In this document: positions 1 through 7,623 of the stretch, in pieces
How the letters are laid out: the number at the start of each line of letters is the position of its first letter
Numbering within the stretch: the first letter of the stretch is position 1
Assembly (NCBI GenBank): GCA_045863855.1
Contig: BTVV01000142.1
Coordinates: forward strand, 1 to 14,914
DNA: 14,914 bases
DNA from: Planctomycetota bacterium
GTDB taxonomy: Bacteria > Planctomycetota > SZUA-567 > H5-PLA8
Direction of reading: 5' to 3'
Translations under genes and position numbers: made by a program
The notes under the pieces: generated by a model
What the model was told of the DNA's origin: nothing
What the model saw: the letters and a program-made list of their open reading frames with translations, nothing else
Database searches by the model: none

Positions 1-7
1 TAATGGA

Positions 8-12
8 CTCCT
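8..12 (-). promoter_or_regulatory. Probable Shine-Dalgarno (AGGAG) of a divergent gene starting just beyond the left edge
   Basis: Plus-strand ctcct at 8-12 reads AGGAG on the minus strand, followed by 7 nt (TCCATTA) to the window edge. That spacing would place a start codon immediately outside the window. The start codon itself is not visible. Confidence 0.4.
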
Positions 13-83
13 ATCGCGTATGGTCGCGGCGACTCGAAATCGCTCGTAAGTGAGGTTCAAGCGTGGCTGTTCAAAATTGCGCA

Positions 84-112
84 TTGCCAGCACGGGGTGC
101 GTTCCTTATTAT
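84..112 (+). promoter_or_regulatory. Sigma70-type promoter for ptsI: TTGCCA-N17-TATTAT
   Basis: TTGCCA at 84-89 and TATTAT at 107-112 are each 5/6 to consensus with exact 17-bp spacing, in an AT-richer intergenic patch of a GC-rich genome. This predicts a TSS near 119-120. Confidence 0.7.
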
Positions 113-259
113 TGTGTGCGGCAGGCGGTATTTCCCTGAAATTCACAGGCGGTGCAGCGGCTGCATCGTGCGGCTTGACGGGCTTCCAAGGTAAGCTCGG
201 CAAGAGCGTGGGACTCACAACAGGACGCTCAACGCGCGGGCTCGCTCGCGGATTCAGCC

Positions 260-2020
260 ATGGAAATTCTTAAAGGGATTCCCGTCTCGCCCGGTGTGTA
301 CATCGGGGAAGCCTTCCTGCTGGAAGGCGAGGAAGTGCGCATTCCTAAGCGGATGGTACCGCCGGATCGCGCGGAGGCGGAAGCGGCGCGTTTCGAGGCC
401 GCGGCGGGGCAGGTGCTGACAGAGCTGGACAGCCTGCGCGGCGTGACGGAATCGCAGTTGGGCCCCAACCTCGCGGCGATCCTTTCGGTGCAGACGCAAC
501 TGCTGCGCGATCCGTCGCTGCGCGAGCGGATCACGAACCGGGTTATCAAACAGCATCATTCGGCCGAGTACGCGGTCGCGCGGACTTTGCGTGAAGTCGC
601 CAAGGTGATGTCGGCGAGCCAGAGTCAACTGATCAAAGAGCGCAGTTCGGACATCATCGACCTCGAAAAGCGGTTGTTGAAAGAACTGCTGGGCGAGGAA
701 GGCGAAGACCTGGAGCACTTGCAGCGGCCGGTGGCGCTGGTGGTACACGACTTAGGCCCTTCGCAAACGGCGGCGCTGGACCGGAACAAGATTAAGGCCT
801 TCGCGACGGATGCGGGCGGGCGGACGAGCCACACGTCGATCCTGGCGCGTGCGCTGCAGATCCCGGCGGTGGTGGGGCTGGAGACGATCAGCACCGATAT
901 CACCGGCGGCGAGACGATCATCATCGACGGGAACCGCGGGATCGTGATCCTGCGCCCGGACGACCGGACGCTGGCGCGCTACAAGAAGCTGCAGGTCGAG
1001 TTCCAGGAATTCGAGAAGTCGCTGATCAAGGACAAAGACCTGCCGGCGGTGACGCAGGACGGCCGGGAAATCCGCGTGATGGCGAACGTCGAATTCCCCG
1101 AGGAAGTGCTGGACGCGATCACCAACTATGGTGCGGCGGGCGTGGGACTGTTCCGGACCGAGTTCCTGTACCTGAAGAGCGGCGTGATGCCGACGGAGCA
1201 AGATCACTTCGAAGCGTACAAGCAATCGCTGCTGCATTTGGGCGGGCGGCCGCTGGTGATTCGCACCTTCGACTTGGGCGCGGACAAGATCGATCCGGCG
1301 TACTCGGTTTCGGAACACAATCCGTTCCTGGGCCTGCGCAGCATCCGCGTATCGATGAAGCGTCCTGAGAATTTCCGGCTGCAAGTGCGCGCGATCCTGC
1401 GTGCTTCGGCGCAGGGCAAGATCCGGCTGCTGCTGCCGATGATCTCCTGCATCGAGGAGCTGCGCTGGGGGCGCTCGACGATCGAAGAGATCAAAGGCGA
1501 ACTGCGCGCGCGCAACGAGCGCTTCGACGACGAGATCGAGATCGGCATCATGGTGGAAGTGCCGTCGGCGGCGCTGCAGATCCGCGCCCTGGCGCGCGAG
1601 TGCGATTTTCTTTCGATCGGGACGAACGACCTGATCCAGTACACGCTGGCCGTGGACCGCGGCAACGAACACGTGGCGCATCTGTTCACGCCGGCGCATC
1701 CGGCGATCCTGACGCTGGTCAAGATGATTGTCGACGCGGGGCGCGAGTTCGAAGTACCGGTGGCGATGTGCGGCGAGATGGCGGGCGATCCCATTTACGT
1801 GCCCCTGCTGGTGGGTCTGGGACTGACGGAAGTATCGGTCACGCCCAAGCTGATCCCTGAAGTGAAGACGATCGTGCGCAGCGGCACGTACGAGCGCTTC
1901 AAGGAGATCGCCGGGAAGGTGATGGGGATGGACGAAGTGGCCGAGATCGCGGACTTCCTGCGCGACGAACTGGACGCGGTCTTGCCGCCGGGCAGCAAGT
2001 TCGGCGCGGGGCGGAGCTAG
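260..2020 (+). CDS. ptsI: Phosphoenolpyruvate-protein phosphotransferase (PTS Enzyme I)
   Basis: 586 aa. Has N-terminal KGIPVSPG, phospho-His motif GGRTSHTSILAR, GVGLFRTEFLY, IRTFDLGADK, NPFLGLRSIR, GIMVEVPSAA, SIGTNDLIQYTLAVDR and the catalytic Cys in MCGEMAGDP. There is no N-terminal GAF domain, so it is not PtsP/EI-Ntr. Confidence 0.97.
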   Translation: MEILKGIPVSPGVYIGEAFLLEGEEVRIPKRMVPPDRAEAEAARFEAAAGQVLTELDSLRGVTESQLGPNLAAILSVQTQLLRDPSLRERITNRVIKQHHSAEYAVARTLREVAKVMSASQSQLIKERSSDIIDLEKRLLKELLGEEGEDLEHLQRPVALVVHDLGPSQTAALDRNKIKAFATDAGGRTSHTSILARALQIPAVVGLETISTDITGGETIIIDGNRGIVILRPDDRTLARYKKLQVEFQEFEKSLIKDKDLPAVTQDGREIRVMANVEFPEEVLDAITNYGAAGVGLFRTEFLYLKSGVMPTEQDHFEAYKQSLLHLGGRPLVIRTFDLGADKIDPAYSVSEHNPFLGLRSIRVSMKRPENFRLQVRAILRASAQGKIRLLLPMISCIEELRWGRSTIEEIKGELRARNERFDDEIEIGIMVEVPSAALQIRALARECDFLSIGTNDLIQYTLAVDRGNEHVAHLFTPAHPAILTLVKMIVDAGREFEVPVAMCGEMAGDPIYVPLLVGLGLTEVSVTPKLIPEVKTIVRSGTYERFKEIAGKVMGMDEVAEIADFLRDELDAVLPPGSKFGAGRS

Positions 2021-2028
2021 GAGCACGT

Positions 2029-2832
2029 ATGCTGGCGGAAAATCCGATCGGGATTCGAAACGGCTGTCTTTCGGCGGGCTGGCGCGAGGCGTTCGCGGTG
2101 GCGAAGGATGCCGGCGCGGAGTGCCTGGAACTGGATGTCGACGCCGAGTACGCCGATTTCCCGCTCTACAGCGCCGCCGGGCGGAGCGAGTTGCAGAAGC
2201 TGGCGGCTCAGAGCGGCGTGAAGCTGGTCTCGATCTGCCTCGGCGCATTCTGGAAGCTGAGTCCTTCGAATCCGGATGGCGCAATCCGTGCGCGTGCGGC
2301 CAAGCTGCTCAAGGAGACGATCGCCGGATGCGACGCCATGGGCATTCCCTACATCCTGGCGCCGTTCACGCATCATGAAGGCGCGACGGTGGAGAGCCAG
2401 CGCGCGGGCTGGGGCGAGGTGCTGGGGCAAGTGGTACCCGCGCAGAAGCAAGCGAAGGTCAAGACCGGGCTGGAACTGTGCGCGCGGGATTTCGCTCATT
2501 CGGCCGGAGACGCGATCGAGATCCTGACCGCAGCGTCCGCGCCGCCGAATATGGGCGTGTACTTCGATACCGCCAACGGCATGCACCGCGGCCACAAGCC
2601 GGAGGAGGAGATTCCGCAGTTGGCTGCGGCGAAGCGCCTGACGGTGGTGCACATCAAAGATTACCGGAACTGCCATCTGGGCGAAGGCAGCGTGAATTTC
2701 CCGGCGGTGAAGCGTGAGCTGGAAAAGGCGCAGTATCGCGGGCCGTTCGTGCTGGAAACGCCGAGCGGAGACGATCCGCTGGCAAACGCGAAGCGGAACC
2801 TGGACTTTACGAAACAGCTCTTCCGCGGTTGA
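2029..2832 (+). CDS. Sugar-phosphate isomerase/epimerase, xylose-isomerase-like TIM barrel (AP_endonuc_2 family, UlaE/hexulose-phosphate epimerase-like)
   Basis: 267 aa. Metal-ligand pattern GLE...YFDTAN...VHIKD...LET plus LGEGSVNF and YRGPFVLE. SD AGGAG (2019-2023) overlaps the ptsI stop. Substrate cannot be assigned. Confidence 0.85.
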   Translation: MLAENPIGIRNGCLSAGWREAFAVAKDAGAECLELDVDAEYADFPLYSAAGRSELQKLAAQSGVKLVSICLGAFWKLSPSNPDGAIRARAAKLLKETIAGCDAMGIPYILAPFTHHEGATVESQRAGWGEVLGQVVPAQKQAKVKTGLELCARDFAHSAGDAIEILTAASAPPNMGVYFDTANGMHRGHKPEEEIPQLAAAKRLTVVHIKDYRNCHLGEGSVNFPAVKRELEKAQYRGPFVLETPSGDDPLANAKRNLDFTKQLFRG

Positions 2833-2847
2833 GCAAACGCAGGCCGG

Positions 2848-4992
2848 TCAGTTGTAGTGCATCCCGTAGCCGCCGTTGTGGTCCTTGAGCGCGGCCACGA
2901 TGATCCAGAAAAAGGTGGCGAGCGCTTCGCCGACGATGAGTCCAATGAAGAAGTTGCGCCCGCGCAGGTAAACGCGCTGGCCGCCGAAACGCACGATCAG
3001 CGTCTTGATCAGCCAACCCAGGAAGTACGTGAACCACATGCGGTGGATGGGCCAAGGGCCCATCCACATCACGTAGCCGATGGGATGCGGCCACCAGAAG
3101 AGGCGCGTGCGCAGGAGCAAAAACGCGCCCATCATCAGCGCCCCGACGCTCATCCAGACGATCTTGTGCGTGTCGGGACGGGCCACCTTCGGCACCTCGG
3201 CGGAAGGGACCTCTTTGCCGCGTTCCGCAAACTCGGCTTCTTTCTTTTCCCAAGCGTTCATTTTGGAGACGGTATCCGCCATCGAGCGGAACTCGCCTTG
3301 CGGGTGGTTGTCGAAGGCCCATCCAAACTGGCGCGCGCCCCCCGGATAACGGTAGGCGGTGCTGTAAAAGCTATAGAAGCTGACGCCGAAGGTGACGGCC
3401 AGCGCCGCGACGAGCCCGATGACGAGAGGCTTGCGGCGCAGGTTCGTGACGGAGCCCAGATGCAGCGCGCCGAGGATATTGATCATCGGGTTGCTGCGGT
3501 ACCAGTCGAAGACGAAGATGCGGCTCCAGATGCTGAGCATGATGAAATTCTGCGGTCCCATGGCGACGGGGGTGAAGATCTGCGCGAGCAACTGGGCGGG
3601 GTTGGAGCCCATCTGGAGGAAAAAGACGCCGCCCTCGCTGACGAGGCGCGAGATGGCGGTGGCCGAGAGGAGCAGGATTACGGCGGCGGCCAGCGCCCAG
3701 TACCACGAGATGCCCGCGACGAGGACCATCCACAGAACGGAGCCGATGAGGCCGCCGATCAGGAGAAACCAGAGCGCGCGGGCCTTGCTGGCCGCGCCAG
3801 CTTCGTTTTCGGCATGCAGCCCCAGCGCCTGGCGGAGACTGTCGAGCAAGATCGTCCGCGCCATGAAGAACCCGATCAGGACCATCATGAAGGCCGCGCC
3901 CATGCCCTGGGAGGTGAAAATGCTTTGAGGGCCGTCGAAGCCCGAAAAATACCAGCCGTTGCTGCCTAAGCCGAAGCCCAGCACGGCGATCAGAATCCCG
4001 AGCTTCAAGACCACGATGTAAAAGAACCAGAGCGAGAAGCTCACTTCGAGCGAGATGAGGTACATGATCCCGATGACGGAGGGATAAATGTTCATGTAGA
4101 CCGGGTGCAGATGTCGCCAAGGCGGTTCGGTGAGGTAGGTCCAGTCCATGTGCGTGTTGTGGAGCTGGATGGTGGGCCAAGTGGGGAAGTAGTCGACCAT
4201 CGCGTTCCATCCGTGCAGAAGGAACGTGACGGCCAGGCCCCAGTAGGAGAGGCGGTCTTTGAAGAACAGGGGCACTCCACCGCGGCCGCCCATGCCGACG
4301 GTCATGGCTTCGGGAATCTGGGCCAGCGGGAAGGGGAGGCGTTCGCGGTCGGACCACTGCCGGTGCAGGAGCGCCGAGAGGGCAAAGAACATGCCCAGCA
4401 CCATGACGAGTGCGAGGAACCACCAGAGGTAAGGTCCGATCAAACTTTGCCACGGAACCGAAGTATTGGGCGGGAGGCCGGCAAAGAACCATTCGACGGG
4501 CCGCGGATCGGTGCTGAGGGGATCGCTGGGATCGCGCGCGGCGAGGTGGCCCGGGATGAACGGATGGAGCAGGTGCTCCCAGTCGTTCTCGGGGCGGGCG
4601 TAGTAGAAGCTGCCCAATTGCGCCACCGTGCCGTAGGCCATGAAGCCGTAACCGGGAAGCGGATTGATCAGCATCGTCATGGCGAAGACGAGCGCGACAT
4701 CCTGGCGGCTGAGGCCGACGGTCTCGCGCCAGTGTGCGAGCGCGACGTTGCAGAGCACGATCAATACGAAGGAGAGCACGACCGAGGACGCCGGGAGGAG
4801 ATTCAGCGTCAGGACGGTATGCCGGATGACGTAGTCGATCTGCGGGATCAGGTAACTGAGCGCTGCGCAGGCGATCAGGCCGGCGGCCCAGCCGCGCACG
4901 GTGGGATTCGTGGCCTGGGCGTGGTCGAGCCCTTGCAGGCGCGCGCGATCTTCGGCGTCGAAACGAGGCCCGCCCCGGTACGAATCGGCCAC
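2848..4992 (-). CDS. Large polytopic membrane protein, DUF6785/DUF6784-type (putative OPT-like peptide transporter)
   Basis: 714 aa, GTG start with GAGGG/GGAAG upstream, and many hydrophobic segments. Family-type motifs recognised: RQWSDRERLPFPLAQIP, YLISLEVSFSLWFFY, SRLVSEGG, FWWPHPIGY and RFGGQRVY..GRNFFIGLIVGE. Transport function is inferred. Confidence 0.7.
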   Translation of the reverse strand: MADSYRGGPRFDAEDRARLQGLDHAQATNPTVRGWAAGLIACAALSYLIPQIDYVIRHTVLTLNLLPASSVVLSFVLIVLCNVALAHWRETVGLSRQDVALVFAMTMLINPLPGYGFMAYGTVAQLGSFYYARPENDWEHLLHPFIPGHLAARDPSDPLSTDPRPVEWFFAGLPPNTSVPWQSLIGPYLWWFLALVMVLGMFFALSALLHRQWSDRERLPFPLAQIPEAMTVGMGGRGGVPLFFKDRLSYWGLAVTFLLHGWNAMVDYFPTWPTIQLHNTHMDWTYLTEPPWRHLHPVYMNIYPSVIGIMYLISLEVSFSLWFFYIVVLKLGILIAVLGFGLGSNGWYFSGFDGPQSIFTSQGMGAAFMMVLIGFFMARTILLDSLRQALGLHAENEAGAASKARALWFLLIGGLIGSVLWMVLVAGISWYWALAAAVILLLSATAISRLVSEGGVFFLQMGSNPAQLLAQIFTPVAMGPQNFIMLSIWSRIFVFDWYRSNPMINILGALHLGSVTNLRRKPLVIGLVAALAVTFGVSFYSFYSTAYRYPGGARQFGWAFDNHPQGEFRSMADTVSKMNAWEKKEAEFAERGKEVPSAEVPKVARPDTHKIVWMSVGALMMGAFLLLRTRLFWWPHPIGYVMWMGPWPIHRMWFTYFLGWLIKTLIVRFGGQRVYLRGRNFFIGLIVGEALATFFWIIVAALKDHNGGYGMHYN

Positions 4993-5105
4993 GATTTAGC
5001 TTCCGCCCTCAAGGGTTGACAAGGAGTCTATCGCACATACCCCGACCGCACGGCTTCGTCGGACGGAAGCTTGGAAATTGACCCCTCTGCCGGGAAAAGA
5101 ACGCA

Positions 5106-5867
5106 TCATGGATGCGGCGGGTCCACGAGCTCCCAAGTTAAGGGTAGCGCTTTAAGCCATTGTTCGGCAAAGTGCCGGGACTGGCGGCGGTGGAACTTGT
5201 CCCATTGCTGCCCCATGCGCTGAAATTTGCGAAGGACTTTCAAGAACGCCTGCAAGGGCTGCGCGGATTCGCACGCAGGCAGCAGCTGGTCGCGAATTTC
5301 GGGATCGCCGCAATCCTGGGCGAAGGCACGCAGCCAGAGGCGGTGCTGTTCTACGTCGGCGACGGGAATGCGCTGCAGCGGCTGGCTGGGATCGAAGTGG
5401 CTGGTGAAATCGCTGGGCGCATCCGCGGGCACGGCAGGCTTAGGCGCTGGCTTCGTTTGCTCGGGCGGTTTCTCGCCAAAGAGCGAAGCGAGTTTCTTGG
5501 CGCTGGATTCGCGGCGCGGATCGCCGCCGCCGAAGGGGTTGGTCGATTCCTTCTTCTCGCGCTTCCAGAAATCCCCGCCGAATGTGTCCTTCTTGGGCGT
5601 CGGATCGTTCTTAAAGAGGTCGGCTTTTCTCGCCACACCCCCGGACGGACCGAACGGAACGGGTTCGCTGCGGATAGTGACGTCGCCGCCTCCGGGCGGC
5701 AGCGGCGCGATACGGGGCGAGGGCGGCACGTCGTGAACTTCTTCGGGCGTCAATGTGCGCGAAGTGATCTCGCCGCTGCGCAGGTCGAGGTAATACGCCA
5801 GGAGCTTGTAATCGAACGCGGTCACAGCTCGGTACAGCGCGTCGGCATCGATGCGAATATCGGCCAT
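5106..5867 (-). CDS. UPF0158-like protein with a long internal low-complexity insertion
   Basis: Start reassigned to ATG 5867 (MADIRID..., 253 aa), which has GAGGG upstream. The longer ORF call overlaps the divergent cobA start. YYLDLRSGEI at the N terminus and RIP...F...D.EIRDQL...F.KVL....QW.KF.......AEQWL at the C terminus match the UPF0158 pattern as I recall it. Confidence 0.65.
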   Translation of the reverse strand: MADIRIDADALYRAVTAFDYKLLAYYLDLRSGEITSRTLTPEEVHDVPPSPRIAPLPPGGGDVTIRSEPVPFGPSGGVARKADLFKNDPTPKKDTFGGDFWKREKKESTNPFGGGDPRRESSAKKLASLFGEKPPEQTKPAPKPAVPADAPSDFTSHFDPSQPLQRIPVADVEQHRLWLRAFAQDCGDPEIRDQLLPACESAQPLQAFLKVLRKFQRMGQQWDKFHRRQSRHFAEQWLKALPLTWELVDPPHP

Positions 5868-5893
5868 CGGTTCGTCCCTCGCGAACGGCGCGG

Positions 5894-5899
5894 AGTATA
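5894..5899 (-). promoter_or_regulatory. Candidate -10 element (TATACT) for the UPF0158-like gene
   Basis: Plus-strand agtata at 5894-5899 reads TATACT on the minus strand, about 26 nt upstream of ATG 5867. No convincing -35. Confidence 0.45.
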
Positions 5900-5936
5900 G
5901 CGGATTTCTGCGCATGGCCGCCAGCAGCGGCTGGCG

Positions 5937-5966
5937 TTGGATGAAAGTCGGCCCGCGGGGTACTAT
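5937..5966 (+). promoter_or_regulatory. Candidate promoter for cobA-hemD: TTGGAT-N18-TACTAT
   Basis: TACTAT at 5961-5966 lies 25 nt upstream of ATG 5992, with a weak -35 TTGGAT at 5937-5942. It is back-to-back with the minus-strand -10. Confidence 0.4.
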
Positions 5967-5991
5967 GGGCGCGTCGCCATCGGGGAAGCTC

Positions 5992-7623
5992 ATGACCGCT
6001 GCAGCCAACGATCCGTCACGAACGCAGGGCCGCGTCTATTTGGTGGGCGCCGGACCGGGCGATCCAGGCTTACTTACCCTCCGGGCGAAGGATCTGCTCG
6101 AGCGCTGCGACGTGCTGGTGTACGACGCGCTGGTCACGGCTCCGATTCTGGCCATGGCGAACCCGGGCGCGGAGCGGATCTACGTCGGCAAGCGCGGGAA
6201 CAAGCACGAGGTCGAGCAGCCGGACATCAATGCGATTCTGGTGGAGCAGGCGAAGCGCGGCAGGCAGATCCTGAGGCTCAAGGGCGGCGATCCGTATCTT
6301 TTCGGGCGCGGCGCGGAAGAAGCGGCGTACTTGATCGAGCGCGGTGTGGCGGTGGAAGTGGTGCCGGGCGTGACGGCGGGGATCGCAGCGCCGGCGTACG
6401 CGGGGATTCCGGTGACGCATCGGGCGCACGCCAGCGCGGTGGCGTTCGTGACGGGGCACGAGGATCCGACGAAGCCGGAGAGCGCGCTGGATTATGCGGC
6501 GCTTTCGAAGATCGGGACGCTCTGCTTCTATATGGGCGTGAAGAACTTGGGCCGGATTTCGGGAGAGCTTTCGAAGCATCTGCCGCGCGAGACGCCCGTA
6601 GCGGTGATCCAGTGGGGCACGACGCCGCAGCAGCGCACGGTGACCGGGACGCTGGCGGATATCGAAGCGAAGGTGCGCGAGGCGAAGCTGGAGGCGCCGG
6701 CGCTGACGGTGGTCGGGAACGTGGTGAAGGAGCGCGCGGGGCTGAACTTCTTCGAGAGGCGCCCGCTCTTCGGGCGGCGCATCGTCGTCACGCGCAGCCG
6801 ACTGCAGGCGAGCGACCTTGCCGAACGGCTTACGTCGCTGGGCGCGGAGGCGCTGCAGTTGCCGACGATCCGGCTGGAGCCGCCGGAAGACCGGCGGGCT
6901 CTGGAAACGGCGGTGCGGCACCTCGACCGCTTCGACTGGATCGTGCTGGCGAGCGTGAACGGCGTCGATGCGCTCTTCGACGAACTGGCGCGACAAGGGC
7001 GCGACGCGCGGGCGCTGGGCGCGGCGAAGGTGGCGGCGGTAGGCCCGTCCACGCAGGAGCGGCTTCTGGAGCGTGGCATTCGCGCGGACCTGGTGCCTCC
7101 GAAGTACGTCGCCGAATCGATCGTCGAGAGCCTGCGCGCGGCGGGCGTGTTCGGGGCGCCTCCGGCCCGTGAGTCCCAACTGGATGTGGCGCTATCGAGT
7201 GACGGGGCCGCGCCGTTCGCGAAGCCCGATGCGGGCACGCCGCGCTTCCTGCTGGCGCGCGCCGATATCGCGCGGAGCACGCTGCCTGAATTACTGCGCG
7301 AAAGCGGCGGCAGCGTCACGGAAGTGATCGCGTACCGCACGGTGCTGGAGACGACCGGGCAGGAAGCGGCGCTGGAAGCGCTGGCCGCGGGCGAGGTGGA
7401 TGCGGTTACCTTCACCAGCAGCAGCACGGCTCGGAACTTCGCGGAAATTCTGGGGCCGGAGCGCCTCAAGCAGGCGCTGGCTTCCCCGCGGCTGAAGCTG
7501 TTTTCCATCGGCCCGATCACGAGCCAGACCGTACGCGAACTGGAAATGCCGTTGAGTGGCGAAGCGGCGGAGCACGATATTCCGGGGCTGGTGGCATTAT
7601 TGAAGCAGGCGTTTGCCCGTTAA
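5992..7623 (+). CDS. cobA: Bifunctional uroporphyrinogen-III C-methyltransferase / uroporphyrinogen-III synthase (CobA-HemD fusion)
   Basis: Start ATG 5992 after GGGGAAG. CobA motifs: VYLVGAGPGDPGLLT, YDAL, RLKGGDPYLFGRGAEE, VVPGVTA, GIPVTHR, FVTGHED, YMGV. HemD part from RRPLFGRRIVVTR: ASVNGV, AAVGPST, AYRT, FTSSST, SIGPITS. Confidence 0.95.
   Translation: MTAAANDPSRTQGRVYLVGAGPGDPGLLTLRAKDLLERCDVLVYDALVTAPILAMANPGAERIYVGKRGNKHEVEQPDINAILVEQAKRGRQILRLKGGDPYLFGRGAEEAAYLIERGVAVEVVPGVTAGIAAPAYAGIPVTHRAHASAVAFVTGHEDPTKPESALDYAALSKIGTLCFYMGVKNLGRISGELSKHLPRETPVAVIQWGTTPQQRTVTGTLADIEAKVREAKLEAPALTVVGNVVKERAGLNFFERRPLFGRRIVVTRSRLQASDLAERLTSLGAEALQLPTIRLEPPEDRRALETAVRHLDRFDWIVLASVNGVDALFDELARQGRDARALGAAKVAAVGPSTQERLLERGIRADLVPPKYVAESIVESLRAAGVFGAPPARESQLDVALSSDGAAPFAKPDAGTPRFLLARADIARSTLPELLRESGGSVTEVIAYRTVLETTGQEAALEALAAGEVDAVTFTSSSTARNFAEILGPERLKQALASPRLKLFSIGPITSQTVRELEMPLSGEAAEHDIPGLVALLKQAFAR

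Noticed and set aside
55..80. GTTCAA direct repeat (55-60, 69-74) and TGGC...TTGC as a LexA box or sigma54 promoter
   Set aside because: GTTC spacing is N10 rather than the N7 of the alphaproteobacterial LexA box, and GG-to-GC spacing is N12 rather than the obligatory N10 for sigma54.
175..197. TTGACG...TAAGCT as a second ptsI promoter
   Set aside because: The spacing is only 11 bp, and both hexamers are better explained as arms of the 174-204 hairpin.
198..225. Resemblance of GGCAAGAGCGTGGGACTCACAA to the c-di-GMP-I (GEMM) riboswitch core
   Set aside because: It lacks the GNRA-capped P2 stem, the GCAAAG junction and the tetraloop receptor. Only a few nucleotides match.
752..2284. 510-aa minus-strand ORF antisense to ptsI (and similar long shadow ORFs at 2857-3969, 3371-4492, 5937-7172, 6070-7179, 8459-9562, 9799-10863)
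   Set aside because: They overlap well-supported genes, are Arg/Pro/Ala/His-biased and show no recognisable motifs. They are the expected by-product of high GC3 and few off-frame stops.
5016..5071. Perfect TTGACA (5016-5021) and overlapping hairpins (CCGAC/GTCGG, GCTTC/GAAGC) between the DUF6785 and UPF0158-like genes
   Set aside because: No -10 lies at 16-18 bp on the plus strand and the direction would be antisense. The hairpins are short and lack a U-tract, so neither a promoter nor a terminator can be supported.
5851..6008. Mutually overlapping 47-codon N-terminal extensions of the cobA and UPF0158-like ORFs
   Set aside because: Downstream ATGs (5992 and 5867) have SD-like sequences and sit at the domain starts. 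The intervening 124 bp contains back-to-back -10 elements.
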